Origin: Tubulanus polymorphus
Lineage: Eukaryota > Animalia > Nemertea
Assembly: GCF_964204645.1 (NCBI RefSeq)
Contig: NC_134025.1
Span: 124,001-188,000 of the forward strand
Direction: 5' to 3'
Length of the DNA stretch: 64,000 bases
The notes beneath the pieces are model-generated. The model was not told where the DNA came from and searched no databases. It saw only the letters and a list, made by a program, of their open reading frames with translations. Each line of letters opens with the position of its first letter. Within the stretch, counting starts at the first letter, position 1. Both the position numbers and the translations under genes were made by a program. Below, piece after piece: positions 1-43,123 of the stretch.

Positions 1-1258
1 ACTATCAATTGTCGGGGGTGGAGAGCTCAGAGAAGAACCACAGAAAGAAACTCTGTCACTGTCAGGGTTCAAACTATCAATTGTCGGGGGTGGAGAGCTC
101 AGAGGAGAACCACAGAAAGAAACTCTGTCACTGTCAGGGTTCAAACTATCAATTGTCGGGGGTGGAGAGCTCAGAGAAGAACTACAGAAAGAAACTCTGT
201 CAGTGTCAGGATTCAAACTATCAATTGTCGGGGGTGGAGAGCTCAGAGAAGAACTACAGAAAGAAACTCTGTCACTGTCAGGATTCAAACTATCAATTGT
301 CGGGGTGCAGAGCTCAGAGGAGAACCACAGAAAGAAACTCTGTCAGTGTCAGGATTCAAACTATCAATTGTCGGGGGTGGAGAGCTCAGAGAAGAACTAC
401 AGAAAGAAACTCTGTCAGTGTCAGGATTCAAACTATCAATTGTTGGGGGTGGAGAGCTCAGAGGAGAACCACAGAAAGAAACTCTGTCAGTGTCAGGATT
501 CAAACTATCAATTGTCGGGGGTGGAGAGCTCAGAGAAGAACTACAGAAAGAAACTCTGTCACTGTCAGGATTCAAACTATCAATTGTTGGGGGTGGAGAG
601 CTCAGAGGAGAACCACAGAAAGAAACTCTGTCAGTGTCAGGATTCAAACTATCAATTGTCGGGGGTGGAGAGCTCAGAGAAGAACCACAGAAAGAAACTC
701 TGTCACTGTCAGGATTCAAACTATCAATTGTCGGGGGTGGAGAGCTCAGAGAAGAACTACAGAAAGAAACTCTGTCAGTGTCAGGATTCAAACTATCAAT
801 TGTCGGGGGTGGAGAGCTCAGAGAAGAACTACAGAAAGAAACTCTGTCACTGTCAGGATTCAAACTATCAATTGTCGGGGTGCAGAGCTCAGAGGAGAAC
901 CACAGAAAGAAACTCTGTCAGTGTCAGGATTCAAACTATCAATTGTCGGGGGTGGAGAGCTCAGAGAAGAACTACAGAAAGAAACTCTGTCACTGTCAGG
1001 ATTCAAACTATCAATTGTTGGGGGTGGAGAGCTCAGAGGAGAACCACAGAAAGAAACTCTGTCAGTGTCAGGATTCAAACTATCAATTGTCGGGGGTGGA
1101 GAGCTCAGAGAAGAACTACAGAAAGAAACTCTGTCACTGTCAGGATTCAAACTATCAATTGTCGGGGGTGGAGAGCTCAGAGGAGAACCACAGAAAGAAA
1201 CTCTGTCACTGTCAGGATTCAAACTATCAATTGTCGGGGCTGGAGAGCTCAGAGAAGA
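1..1258 (+). repeat. 72-bp tandem satellite (~17 copies, continues off the window)
   Basis: Unit ACTATCAATTGTCGGGGGTGGAGAGCTCAGAGAAGAACTACAGAAAGAAACTCTGTCACTGTCAGGATTCAA. Confidence 0.97.
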
Positions 1259-3158
1259 AGCACGGAAAGTAAAACTCTTGTCAGTGTCAGTGTTAGCGGG
1301 GATTGAGAAGTATAAACTACTGTATTACATGATGTCTATAGTCAACACTTATCACATTCCACTGTTACAAACATCACCACTTTACAAACTCTGATAAACT
1401 AAACCACTTTACAACTCATAAAAATCAGCTAACGATGTTTATCAGTGTCTTGCTGCTTATAGGTGAAAGATGTATATGACCAGTTTAACTTTGACTCCGG
1501 GCTAGTTCTATCAAAGTAGTCCGGAGTATGTTAGGGATATCTTTCTCAAACAAGAGTTGCATCAAAAACCTTTCTTTTAGTAAAACCAACCCTCGGATTG
1601 AGGAGGAAGTAAGACGTGTTGACTCATTAGCACACGTCATCAGTGTGACGTCACTAAGTGAAAGGACACACAGGTATATCGTGTATCGGTATGCGTGAGA
1701 TGCTGCCGGTGCTGCTGCTGCTGCTGCTGCTGCTGCTACTGCCGCCGCCGCTGCTGCTGCTGCTACTGCTACTGCTGCTGCTGCTGCTGGTGCTGGTGCT
1801 GTGTGAGTTGAACAGGTGTGGTGCCGATTCTCTCTAAAATACTTGATCTCTTCTCAAAAACAAATCGTTGAAGCTGAAAAACCAAACAGCAGAGTAAAAT
1901 CGCTGACTCATGCTTACAATACAATCAAATAACGCGCGAATCCTGGTTAATGGGGGAGGGGAAGGGGAGGAGGGAGGGAGGGGGACAGTGAATTGTATCT
2001 GTCAAGACTGCGGTCTAAGAATGGCGCTCAAAATAAAACTGTTTTGCAAGTGAAGTCTATTTTGACTGCACTATACTGGGCTTTGATTTAACAATCGTTC
2101 GGGCGGATATTGGCTACTCAGTGACGTCACTACCGGTATTCGAGGTTCAGTAAAGATGGGGCTAATCTGTCCAGCGCCACCTACCGAAGATGCCGAGGTA
2201 ACCGCCGCCAATACCCGGGATATCCTCATCCACCACACAAACATATAGGTAAAGATTTGGGTTTTTATCACCAAACTGAAATATTCATTTATTTTCAAAT
2301 CATTTCAGTAACAAGATTTATAACTCAAACAGTATTATCAATATATAAGGTCACGTGTTCCATCATCATCAAGACAATAAGTATTCACTAATATATTACT
2401 GTGTAATAGTTATAACTGTTTGTTCATATCGATTCTGTTCGACTCTTCAAGCCTTAGGTTAATTTCTTAATCTAGTAACAAACAGTATCCATCATTACAA
2501 CAACGAGAAACCATAGCAACAACTGATGTAAAATGGCCGCTGTGGTCGAGTTGCTCCAGCAACTAGTTCCGTTCCGCGGTTCCCTAGAACCGGAAGTAAA
2601 GGGAGCGTGGATTGTAAATGATGATCTAGATAAAACAAATGATGAACTTGAATGAAAATAAAACTGAATGTTGTTTTTCACGATCCACCTTTAGGCTGAA
2701 CACGTAGTTATATGTAATTAATCATGTAAAAATAGAGGTGAACTCTGGCAGTTGAGGTCGGTAGATACACGTGACGCTAACGGCGCAAACAATTATTGAT
2801 CTTACGTCAATTTTCTAACGTGGTTTCAATGTTTTAACGTTAAACGGCGATGTGTAAAATATCTGTACAATAATTACCCGGATGTCGCAGAGGGGCAGGG
2901 GAAGGTCAAGGTCACGCACGGAGAGCTTACAATCAATGCGAGGTGGATTTTATGTAAATTACTGACTTATATCAAACATCAGATCCCCTGTCTCTCTCTC
3001 TCCTCTCTCCTCAATTTACAATTCCAAACTGCTCGAAGAGTAAAACGTCAGTGATTTGAAGAGCAATCAGTGAAACTGTTTAGAATATTCTACAGAACTG
3101 GAATCAGTGATCAATTCAGTTACTGTCACTAGCCACATACAGACTGTTGTACTCTAGT

Positions 3159-3239
3159 GGGCTCCAGTACCTAGGGCCCCAGTTTGGGCTCCAGTACCTA
3201 GGGCCCCAGTTTGGGCTCCAGTACCTAGGGCCCCAGTTT
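3159..3239. repeat. 27-bp tandem repeat x3
   Basis: GGGCTCCAGTACCTAGGGCCCCAGTTT. Confidence 0.9.
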
Positions 3240-3253
3240 CCTACAGGGACACT

Positions 3254-4869
3254 ATAGACCCAGGTAACCCAGGCTGTTGTACTAGGCATTGACCGAGTGT
3301 CCTCTGGGCAATAGACCCAGGTAACCCAGGATGTTGTATTAGGGATTGACCGAGTGTCCTCCGGGCAATAGACCCAGGTAACCCAGGCTGTTGTATTAGG
3401 GATTGACCCCAGTGTCCTCTGGGCAATAGACCCAGGTAACCCAGGCTGTTGTATTAGGGATTGACCGAGTGTCCTCCGGGCAATAGACCCAGGTAACCCA
3501 GGCTGTTGTATTAGGGATTGACCCCAGTGTCCTCTGGGCAATAGACCCAGGTAACCCAGGCTGTTGTATTAGGGATTGACCCCAGTGTCCTCTGGGCAAT
3601 AGACCCAGGTAACCCAGGCTGTTGTATTAGGGATTGACCGAGTGTCCTCTGGGCAATAGACCCAGGTAACCCAGGATGTTGTATTAGGGATTGACCCAGT
3701 GTCCTCTGGGCAATAGACCCAGGTAACCCAGGCTGTTGTATTAGGGATTGACCCCAGTGTCCTCTGGGCAATAGACCCAGGTAACCCAGGCTATTGTATT
3801 AGGGATTGACCGAGTGTCCTCTGAGCAATAGACCCAGGTAACCCAGGCTGTTGTATTAGGGATTGACCCCAGTGTCCTCTGGGCAATAGACCCAGGTAAC
3901 CCAGGCTATTGTATTAGGGATTGACCGAGTGTCCTCTGAGCAATAGACCCAGGTAACCCAGGCTGTTGTACTAGGCATTGACCGAGTGTCCTCTGGGCAA
4001 TAGACCCAGGTAACCCAGGATGTTGTATTAGGGATTGACCGAGTGTCCTCCGGGCAATAGACCCAGGTAACCCAGGCTGTTGTATTAGGGATTGACCCCA
4101 GTGTCCTCTGGGCAATAGACCCAGGTAACCCAGGCTGTTGTATTAGGGATTGACCGAGTGTCCTCCGGGCAATAGACCCAGGTAACCCAGGCTGTTGTAT
4201 TAGGGATTGACCCCAGTGTCCTCTGGGCAATAGACCCAGGTAACCCAGGCTGTTGTATTAGGGATTGACCCCAGTGTCCTCTGGGCAATAGACCCAGGTA
4301 ACCCAGGCTGTTGTATTAGGGATTGACCGAGTGTCCTCTGGGCAATAGACCCAGGTAACCCAGGATGTTGTATTAGGGATTGACCCAGTGTCCTCTGGGC
4401 AATAGACCCAGGTAACCCAGGCTGTTGTATTAGGGATTGACCCCAGTGTCCTCTGGGCAATAGACCCAGGTAACCCAGGCTGTTGTATTAGGGATTGACC
4501 GAGTGTCCTCCGGGCAATAGACCCAGGTAACCCAGGCTGTTGTATTAGGGATTGACCCCAGTGTCCTCTGGGCAATAGACCCAGGTAACCCAGGCTGTTG
4601 TATTAGGGATTGACCCCAGTGTCCTCTGGGCAATAGACCCAGGTAACCCAGGCTGTTGTATTAGGGATTGACCGAGTGTCCTCTGGGCAATAGACCCAGG
4701 TAACCCAGGCTGTTGTATTAGGGATTGACCCCAGTGTCCTCTGAGCAATAGACCCAGGTAACCCAGGCTGTTGTATTAGGGATTGACCGAGTGTCCTCTG
4801 GGCAATAGACCCAGGTAACCCAGGCTGTTGTATTAGGGATTGACCCCAGTGTCCTCTGAGCAATAGACC
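3254..4869. repeat. 57/58-bp minisatellite (~28 copies) with higher-order structure
   Basis: Unit GGCAATAGACCCAGGTAACCCAGGCTGTTGTATTAGGGATTGACC(C)(C/G)AGTGTCCTCTG. Confidence 0.97.
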
Positions 4870-5905
4870 TCGATGGTGGGTGGCAATGTCTAATATGTCT
4901 AATATACACGTTTAAACCTGGAATGTTTCTCCAGTTCGAAAAGAAAATCTATACATAACAAATTGTGTTGTTCGGGAGACATTTCAATAGAATCTGTCAA
5001 CAACAAGACGACGAGTGTAGTAGCGTAGTGTATAGCGGGTTTCATTGCACGTCAGTCAGTCACGTCTGTTATACTTGACATGTGTATGTTTTCAACTAGA
5101 TTCTCCACTTGAGTGGATCCATTTCAACTGAAGTCTTTTATAACGCGCCATTTCACTGTCATGTTCTATTATAACAGATTCTAATGCTGTCAAACTTGCA
5201 ATTACAGAAAGCAATTAAATGTAGTTTTGTGTTTTGATGCCGGTTTCGAGTCTAACAATTAGACTTCTCAGTGGTGCATGTGTTTATACCTCGAAACCAG
5301 GTCGAACTTCCTATAGACAATTCTTATATGATTAAAATGACACCGACCCCGCTTGCCACTGTCGGAATTACGCATTTCTAAAAAATAGAAGTTTACAAAA
5401 ACTATCGCAACAACAACATATTCAAAATTTAAAATGTTAAAAGCGAATATCATAAATTAAGATCAGAAGACGACGTCAATTCGGACTCTCACACCTGGCG
5501 ATGATCTCTATAGAGACATTCAGAAATTTCGTGTCTTTTGATTTCAATTTTTGATAAATGAATTTCTATGTATATAGATTGGCGATTCTAATAATAATTT
5601 CAATCCAATATTTGCCACTATATAATCAGTTAAAGGCCGAGCTCCAGTATAAAAGGGCCATCGATGTCCGTGGATTCATTCTCATACTAGCAACCGTTGG
5701 GTCCAGATTTTCTAAAAAGGCCCAATTAACCCTCATTAGGCCTAAGTGCTGGTCAGTTACTAATGCTGGTATGATTGTTAAATAATTGACCCGTTAATGT
5801 TATAATGATTATTACCGGCACTAATAGACCTAACTATTAAAGGTCACAGTGACATACACACCGCGTATACACGGCTGGGATAGCTACCTAGGACAGGATG
5901 AGGGA

Positions 5906-6290
5906 GGCTGTCGGGATAGTGACTGATAGCTACCCGGTGGAGAGACTGTCGGGATACTGATAGTGACTGATAGCTACCCGGTGGAGAGACTGTCGGGATA
6001 CTGATAGTGACTGATAGCTACCCGGTGGAGAGACTGTCGGGATAGTGACTGATAGCTACCCGGTGGAGAGACTGCCGGGATAGTGACTGATAGCTACCCG
6101 GTGGAGAGACTGCCGGGATAGTGACTGATAGCTACCCGGTGGAGAGACTGCCGGGATAGTGACTGATAGCTACCCGGTGGAGAGACTGTCGGGATAGTGA
6201 CTGATAGCTACCCGGTGGAGAGACTGTCGGGATACTGATAGTGACTGATAGCTACCCGGTGGAGAGACTGTCGGGATACTGATAGCTACC
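5906..6290. repeat. 38-bp minisatellite
   Basis: GATAGTGACTGATAGCTACCCGGTGGAGAGACTG(T/C)CGG. Confidence 0.93.
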
Positions 6291-7442
6291 TGGGAGGTAG
6301 TATTTTATTTCATATTTCTCAACATAGATTTACTATTGGTACTAAAAAAAAACCTTTCGTTTGATAGAAATGAATAACGAACTGTTTTCTGTGTTACACT
6401 GATAAAGTATTAGGCCATTTCCGTTACTTGATTACCACGAATAGAAAATGTTATCAATGAGACTTTTGAAAAACTAAGAAATATAATTCTTAACAGCGGC
6501 TGCGGTAAGTGAGGTAGGATGCTTTTCATGCATGCATATTATACAGGGCTCAATGAGTTTGAGTCGTTTGCAATTTTATTGAACAAACATTTGATCCGAT
6601 CTGATTTTCTAGACGAATGGAGCAATTTGCGCATCGAAAAACTACGGAATGAATATAGCGAATAAAATGGCTTACAGATTGCAAGGCGGGTATTTCATTC
6701 CTTACAACCTACTAGCCGCTTATTCACAATGGAATTCTCGTGAACAATGAATTTTGCTGTAGGCTCAGACGTCGTCGTCGTCGCTCTTTTTTCGTTGCTT
6801 CTCTTTTTGTGCCGACATTCCTACGATTTGACGGTGTACAAACGACAATAGATGCAAACTTCCGTATCACCGACCCAGGATTACAGGGCACGACGGCTTA
6901 CCCCCTCGAGCTGTTTACCCCTTCGAGGGTCACACCTGCGACATGTCGAAAAGTCTCCAACTAAATTCTACCGAAAAACAATTTCTCACGGAGCGACTGC
7001 AGAGAGAATGTAAGAATCGGTGAAAGTTAAATTCGAACCATCTCGCGTTACATCCAGGCACTGCTTACGTCATATATAGCGCCCCCTACTGAGCACAAAT
7101 GAGGATACTTCTTGAAAGATATAGAGCGACCAGCGACCCCCTTCCTAATAAATAACAGGTTACATGTTTAATCGATATGAATTGTGTCGTGATGGGGGAT
7201 AGTTAGATTAATGAGGTCACGTGTATCACGTGTGAACCAATACATCTGACATCATCAATATGTGTACCACCACCACCAGGGGGCGGTGGTGGGTTCTCGC
7301 TACCAGCAGGTCCGGGATCAGGGCCTATGATGAATGGATGTTTGTAATAAAAGATTTTGTATTTATCTATTTTGTTGAAATGCAAATATTATTGATGAAA
7401 TGTTTTCGGAGTTCACCCCAGATCCCCCTAACACAATCCCGG

Positions 7443-7542
7443 GACCAGAGACTCCGAGAATCGCGGCACCGTGGACCAGAGACTCCGAGAATCGCGGCAC
7501 CGTGGACGAGAGACTCCGAGAATCGCGGCACCGTGGACGAGA
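7443..7542. repeat. 31-bp repeat x3
   Basis: CCAGAGACTCCGAGAATCGCGGCACCGTGGA. Confidence 0.9.
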
Positions 7543-9217
7543 ATATCAAGTGTAATATGTGAAGATAAACACTTGAGTAATAGTAATCACAATATAGAGT
7601 CAGTGCGTGATGGACAGCGCTCTCTCTCTCTCTCTCAGTCCCCTGGTGAGGACAAGCCAAAATCACATTAAACTCTTCACCGTCAAAAACTATTCGGTAA
7701 TTAACTTTCATCATTACCGGCATGTGATGTATGAGAGTTAGTGAGTTCCCTGGAGGCGTGTGACGGACCGGTACCTCACCCGCATACACCCACAGGCTTC
7801 ACTAGATTGAACAGAAACATCCCTTCAGGCGACTATCTAGACACTGATATGATGAGCGAACCCTTCGGGCTGCACTAGGAGTTAAGTTCGGACAAGATTC
7901 TTTAAGGTTTCTCAATAAATATTGACCAAAGCCTGAAGGAGCCTGGAGCACTCCGAGTGGAGTATTCCATAATCCTCTCCTCGCCGTAGAGTCCACTCGG
8001 GTCTCGTGAGACTGGTCAAAGGCAATTGTCTTATGTGTAATAGATATCAACGACAGATGTTGAATTTTGAAATTAGCATAAATCGATCTCATCTCCATTA
8101 TTTAACATACATTCCCGCTATTGCTTCGAATAAATCTTTGAAATTGATCAATAAACAAATTTGTAACAATATTTACAGTTTATTCAATTTACTTTGTATA
8201 GACTTATATTTGTATCAATCCTTGTAACGATCGATAGTTTTGTTTGTTGTTACAAAATCTTCTAAATTTCTATAGATATTTAACATGTTTTAGGTCTTTT
8301 ATTCATTTATTAATCTTAACGAATTGATAAAAAAAAGAAGAAACACTCAGTGAACGTAGGACAGGGAACCAGTCTCATGGTTGGGTCTGTAGGTAGACAG
8401 GGAACCGGTCTCATGGTTGGGTCTGTAAGTAGGCAGGGAACCGGTATCGTGGGCAGGGGGCCAGTCTCATGGTTTATCAGTTGATTACTGACCAATAAAT
8501 GACCGTCTCTCGGGATAAGAGTCAATTAAAGACAATCAGAGAATAACGGAGGTGAAATCAGTCAATGACACCGAGCTGAGATATAAATCCATCTGTTATA
8601 GAGATTGACCGTGTCCTTCCTCAGAAACCGAGTAAACCACCATAGTTTTATAAAGAATGTTTTCAACTCTTTGTCTCCTCTCAACCTCCTCATTCCGGGG
8701 GTTCCTCCGTTAAAATGCCTTCCAGATATACTTAGTGCGCGCCGGCGACGACAACGAGCGCTGGATTTATAATATTCGCTTGACTAACTAATAATATCAA
8801 TTGAACCTATACCGACCCAATAGAAACTCAAACATACATTATAATTACCCTTTTTCAAGTGCAAACGTTTCATTTCTTTTCTTTAAGTTTTTTAAGTTAG
8901 CCGCCGCTAGAATGGATCCGCGCTGTCTTATGAAATAAGCCTCTTTTTAAAGGGATTATGTTTCATCTCGAGGGCAAATTTCTCTTCTGCGTGGCGATTA
9001 TTTCTGGAGCCGTTGTGTTTGAATAGCGGGGTTCAAATAGACAGGATTGGTTTTTATATATACACAATATATATCACAAACTCGCTGCCGAAGAGCCGCC
9101 AGTTTGTCAATGTTATTTAGTACAAAAAAGCACCAAGAAATTCTACTTCGACAGTCAAAATAGAAATAGTCCACACCCAAAATAAACCTTATAACCAAGA
9201 TCAACCCTAGCCGCCAG

Positions 9218-9482
9218 AAACCCTAACCCTAGGAACTATTAACCCTAACACTAGGAGCCACTAACCCTAACCCTAGAAACCATTAACCCTAACCCTAGGA
9301 GCCACTAACCCTAACCCTAGCTCGGTTTCGAACTCAGAACCTCCAGCACACCAGCCGAGCACACTAACCACTGGACCATAGGCCGGTAGTGATTGAGTTC
9401 GTTTGGAAGTCAGTCTGGTCAGTGTGGTGACTGGTGACCAGTCAGGTGTGGACCAGTCAGGTGACGTAACTAGTCAGGTGAC
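9218..9482 (-). mobile_element. tRNA-headed SINE-like element with TTAGGG-containing tail
   Basis: On -: TGGTCCAGTGGTTAG (A box) ... GAGTTCGAAACC (B box), then interspersed TTAGGG; related copy at 25511-25790. Confidence 0.6.
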
Positions 9483-9950
9483 TCGCTATCATTGTATTGA
9501 TTTGATACATTAAAACTAATACAAATAATTAAGAATGTTGACATCAATGACAGCTTCACGGCTTCACGGCTTCACGGCTTGAGGTCTTCAAACAGTTTTA
9601 CTAATTAAACCTTAATAATGTAAAAAGCGTGCAGTAGCAGTATACAACACACAGCACCGCATAATAACCATCACGTGACGATTATCGATTTCCGATAAAT
9701 CAATCAGTAATCAAAGCGAATGAAACAAAAAACAAATCAATTGGCTTGAAATGATTGGTTGGTCATGTTATTTTTATGCAACAGTTAACAGTGAATTGTC
9801 GAGTGTGATCGTGTGACCACACCTATCAAATACCATCATCACTGTATATAATTCTTAACTAATCCTGGCACTCAGATTAATTACGCCCAGTCTCCACTAA
9901 ACTTCTCAGTTCTAGGAATTCTAACAACCAGTCTTATGAGTAGGATATAT

Positions 9951-10164
9951 CCAGTTCAGGTTCTGGACTCAGTTCCACAGTTCTGTATCCAGTTCCACAG
10001 TTCAGGACTCAGTTCCACAGTTCCTCCAGTTCCACAGTTCCACAGTTCTGGATCCAGTTCCACAGTTCTGGATCCAGTTCCTCCAGTTCTGGATCCAGTT
10101 CCACAGTTCTGGATCCAGTTCCACAGTTCTGGATCCAGTTTCACAGTTCTGGATCCAGTTCCAC
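9951..10164. repeat. CCAGTTCCACAGTTCTGGAT-type short tandem repeat
   Basis: ~20-bp unit with 9-bp subunits; same motif occurs as an inverted pair at 41749-41822. Confidence 0.85.
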
Positions 10165-11724
10165 GATTATCAGTTAGAATTTGATTCAAAACAATGGTAT
10201 AATGTAGAACCAGTGATAGTCGAGAACTGGTGCTACTGTACTCAGTGAGTAGATCAGCCATAGACTCATAAGTTCTAACTCTCCCTCAGTTTTAGTTTGA
10301 TGTAAGGTGAATTATGAATAAAAGCCTTTTTCGTTTGATTGTACACGTGAAGTATCGGTCCATTAGACAAAAAGATACCATATAAACCCCACATCTCTCT
10401 CAACTTCTAAAGATCGGGTAGAAAGACAGCGAAGCATCTCGCTCTCTTTATAATCTTACAGAACTTTTGATGTTGTCACTGTTAGAACGGGCATTTGATG
10501 CAGCGAGGAATTTTTGAGCTTCTGGGCAAAAAGCGTCGCGCGGAGTCGAGGAGGCTTTATTTTGCTGGTTGTGAGTAGAAAGTCTCGGATGCAGTAACAG
10601 ACAAAAGATTCAAGTCTTCACGATACAGGACAACTTACCACGACACTAATCAATGGCTGCTAATTAGGGGATACTTCAAAGTCTAAGGCACCGGGCCCTG
10701 AAGGTACATTATACTCTGTCTGAATCCTAACCACTGCAATAGCGACGACGACGGCGTCGATTCGTTTTTATCAGATACGTGTACGGCGCGGTGACTCGTT
10801 TGAAGATGAGGAGATTTAAGATGAATTGATGCTGGTTGCTACAGCGATTGTTCACTCTCCACACGCAGTGGACAATTTTCCATTGAGTTTAATGGTATAA
10901 AACGCGTTATACAAGCATTAGGTCCAGTTTCACCATGGACACACTAAAACTCTTTTTAGGGTCCATGGTCTCACGAATTACCAAATTTTAATTGCTTTTG
11001 GTAACTTTCTGTTTTCCGTGCGGACAACAATTCAAATTTAACCCAAAGCTTCAATCAACTTTCGTGATAGTGCACCCAGTCCGTGAACTCGATAGGTTTT
11101 TCAGTACCTGGGTATTGGCTTAACAGGAGCAGCCGCAGCAGCAGATTGGACCAATGTCAAATTACAGACAACACTAATTAATTCAAGCATGAAATGTAAG
11201 ATTAAGATAATATTTACTTAAACTGGCGATCTAACCTCTAAATAAAACTATAAGCACCAGATGGTACGTCTGCCACAGACAAACTCAAGTTGGCTAAGCA
11301 ACGCCTACAACCAGAGATCCTAGCTCGATAAGAAAAGATTTTCTTTCACGATTTATTTCTCAAGGAATCCATATATTTAATATAAATAGCGCTAATATAA
11401 TAGAATACATTGAATTTAGTAGCTATTTGTCACCACTCTATGAGTATATTATTGAATAGTATTAAATTCGTCGGGTGAAGAAATAATTAGGAGGCTCATA
11501 ATTCATAATTCCACATTTGAATAGTTTCGAATTGCAAATAACCTAAAGCTAAAGAAATATCAGGGCGGTCTAGCCTGCAGTCATTATAGTCCTTGAATGA
11601 AATATTATACTAAATCATGGAGGTTGCATCGCTGCCCAAGGCTAAATGTACCAAGTCACATTACACTCGAACGTTGCTGCCCTCAAGTGTATATCTATTG
11701 ACTTAAACGAAAAATTGGCAGAGT

Positions 11725-11797
11725 GCCCGGTTAGCTCAGTCGGTAGAGCATCAGGCTTTTAACCTGAGGGTCCTGGGTTCGAGTCCCATACCGGGCG
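11725..11797 (+). tRNA. tRNA-Lys (anticodon TTT)
   Basis: GCCCGGTTAGCTCAGTCGGTAGAGCATCAGGCTTTTAACCTGAGGGTCCTGGGTTCGAGTCCCATACCGGGCG: 7-bp acceptor stem, anticodon arm TCAGG/CCTGA around TTT, A and B boxes, one T-stem mismatch; T4/T6 Pol III terminator just downstream. Confidence 0.95.
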
Positions 11798-11967
11798 GAA
11801 TTCACTTTTCCATTTTTTCCTGAAACTATCTCACGATATTTTAACTAAATATTATTTAGATGCGAATAACTTTCCGACCCTCAAAATTCTATGCAAAAAC
11901 AGGTAGATTTTAAACATGAAGTGAATCTAGGTTTAAAAGGTCAAGGTCGATTTAACCGAGAGCCAAG

Positions 11968-41601
<29,634 letters not shown>

Positions 41602-42270
41602 TATACACTTTCTAATCAAACATTGTGATATATTAACCATATCATCCATACAATCAAAATATTTTCTGATAAAATATTAAAGTCTTTCTTCGATGTCTCA
41701 AGTCAGGGATCCTCAATCGGTAGGGATTTGAACCTGATGGGAGCAGGACAGTTCTGGATCCAGTTCCATAGTTCAATGTTCTCGAACTATGGAACAGGGT
41801 CCCAGAAAAGTGGAACTGGATCTCGGAAACTAAATTAAACTCGTGAATTGATAATAGAAAACTGCATGACTGTTAAACATTGTATTACAGACTTACATTG
41901 TATTACAACCTTACATTGTATTACAATTAGATTGTCAAAGATTGTGACATTGCGTTTGATCATTTGTAAAAATGGACTTTACGTGAATGAACTGATAGAA
42001 TGTCAATCAGTAAAAACAAAAGGAACTTTAATGTTTTTGATAATAATCAATGATTTATTTGATAAACACTACTTAAATTTTATGTGTTGAATATAATTAT
42101 TTTCATAAGAAATAAATTCAAATTCACAAATAAATGAAACCATTGACTTGTAATTGAATTATAGTGGACACAAAAAACAAGAATTAATTCAATTGTAATT
42201 GGTTAAGGTTTGATCACTATTCCATTTTATCCTCATCTGTTTCATCTTTCTGATCACCACACTGGACAGA

Positions 42271-43123
42271 GGTGTCCCGGGTTCGAAGCCAGTAATTACT
42301 GATACTGATTCAGAGAGGTCCTGATGCTGAATAGAGGATGTACTGGGGTGTCCCGGGTTCAAACCCAGTAATTACTGATACTGATTCAGAGAGGTCCTGA
42401 TGCTGAATAGAGGGTGTACAGGGCTGTCCCGGGTTCAAACCCAGTAATTACTGATACTGATTCATAGTGGTCCTGATGCTGAATAGAGGGTGTACAGGGG
42501 TGTCCCGGGTTCGAACCCAGTAATTACTGATACTGATTCAGAGTGGTCCTGATGCTGAATAGGGGATGAACATGGGTGCCCCGGGTTCGAACCCGGTAAT
42601 TACGGATACTGATTCAGAGTGGTCCTGATGCTGAATAGAGGATGTACAGGGGTGTCCCGGATTTGAACCCGGTGATTACTGACACTGATTCTGAGTGGTC
42701 CTGATGCTGAATAAAGGATGTACAGGTTGCCAAGCGAGCAGACGATATCAAGATTTCTAACGTGATCGCCATCTATTGGAATTTGGCTGAACTCACTAGA
42801 TAGCTCTTACTGGTCTCACTGACTCTTCTTTAATCCGTTAAAATCACACTCGCCATCTGGTGGATATAGCTATCATAAGACTGTAGTAACATAGAAATCC
42901 ACCAGATGGCGAGTGTGATTTCAACTTACTGAGTAAGAGTCAGTAAGACAACTAAGAGCAATCTAGTCAGTTCAGCCAAATTCCAATCGATGGCGACCAT
43001 AGCATCATTATTAAACTAAGCGTGTGTCCCGGGTTCGAAACCCAGTAATTACTGATTCTGATTCAGAGTGGTCCTGATACTGGATAGAGGATGTACGGGA
43101 GGGTGTCCCGGGTTCGAACCCAG
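42271..43123 (+). repeat. 76-bp tRNA/B-box-derived tandem array interrupted by a MITE
   Basis: Unit GTGTCCCGGGTTCGAACCCAGTAATTACTGATACTGATTCAGAGTGGTCCTGATGCTGAATAGAGGATGTACAGGG; 6 copies at 42271-42726 plus more at 43023-43123. Confidence 0.88.
42765..42998. mobile_element. Palindromic MITE-like element
   Basis: GATCGCCATCTATTGGAATTTGGCTGAACT...CTCGCCATCTGGTGGAT / ATCCACCAGATGGCGAG...AGTTCAGCCAAATTCCAATCGATGGCGACC; ~100-bp arms. Confidence 0.75.

Noticed and set aside
9-1394. Long ORFs (461, 367, 308 aa) with Cys-containing repeats, and equivalents at 22353-24278
   Set aside because: The 72-bp unit lacks stops in several frames; indels shift the frame freely; the same array lies in a TMEM135 intron.
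2533-2655. Short ORF MAAVVELLQQLVPFRG with a good start context
   Set aside because: It ends at a stop after ~40 codons with no convincing donor; better explained as YY1/ETS motifs.
3116-4909. Collagen-like PGLPGS ORFs, or a CRISPR-like array
   Set aside because: 57/58-bp units are not a multiple of 3; there are no unique spacers and no cas genes; the context is eukaryotic.
5240-5275. Hammerhead-like motif on - (CTGAGAAGTCTAA-ttg-TTAGACTCGAAACCGG)
   Set aside because: The core lacks one nucleotide of CUGANGA, and there is no stem I partner; at most a dead relic.
42271-42726. Tandem tRNA gene cluster
   Set aside because: The units have a B box but no acceptor or anticodon stems; treated as a tRNA-derived repeat.
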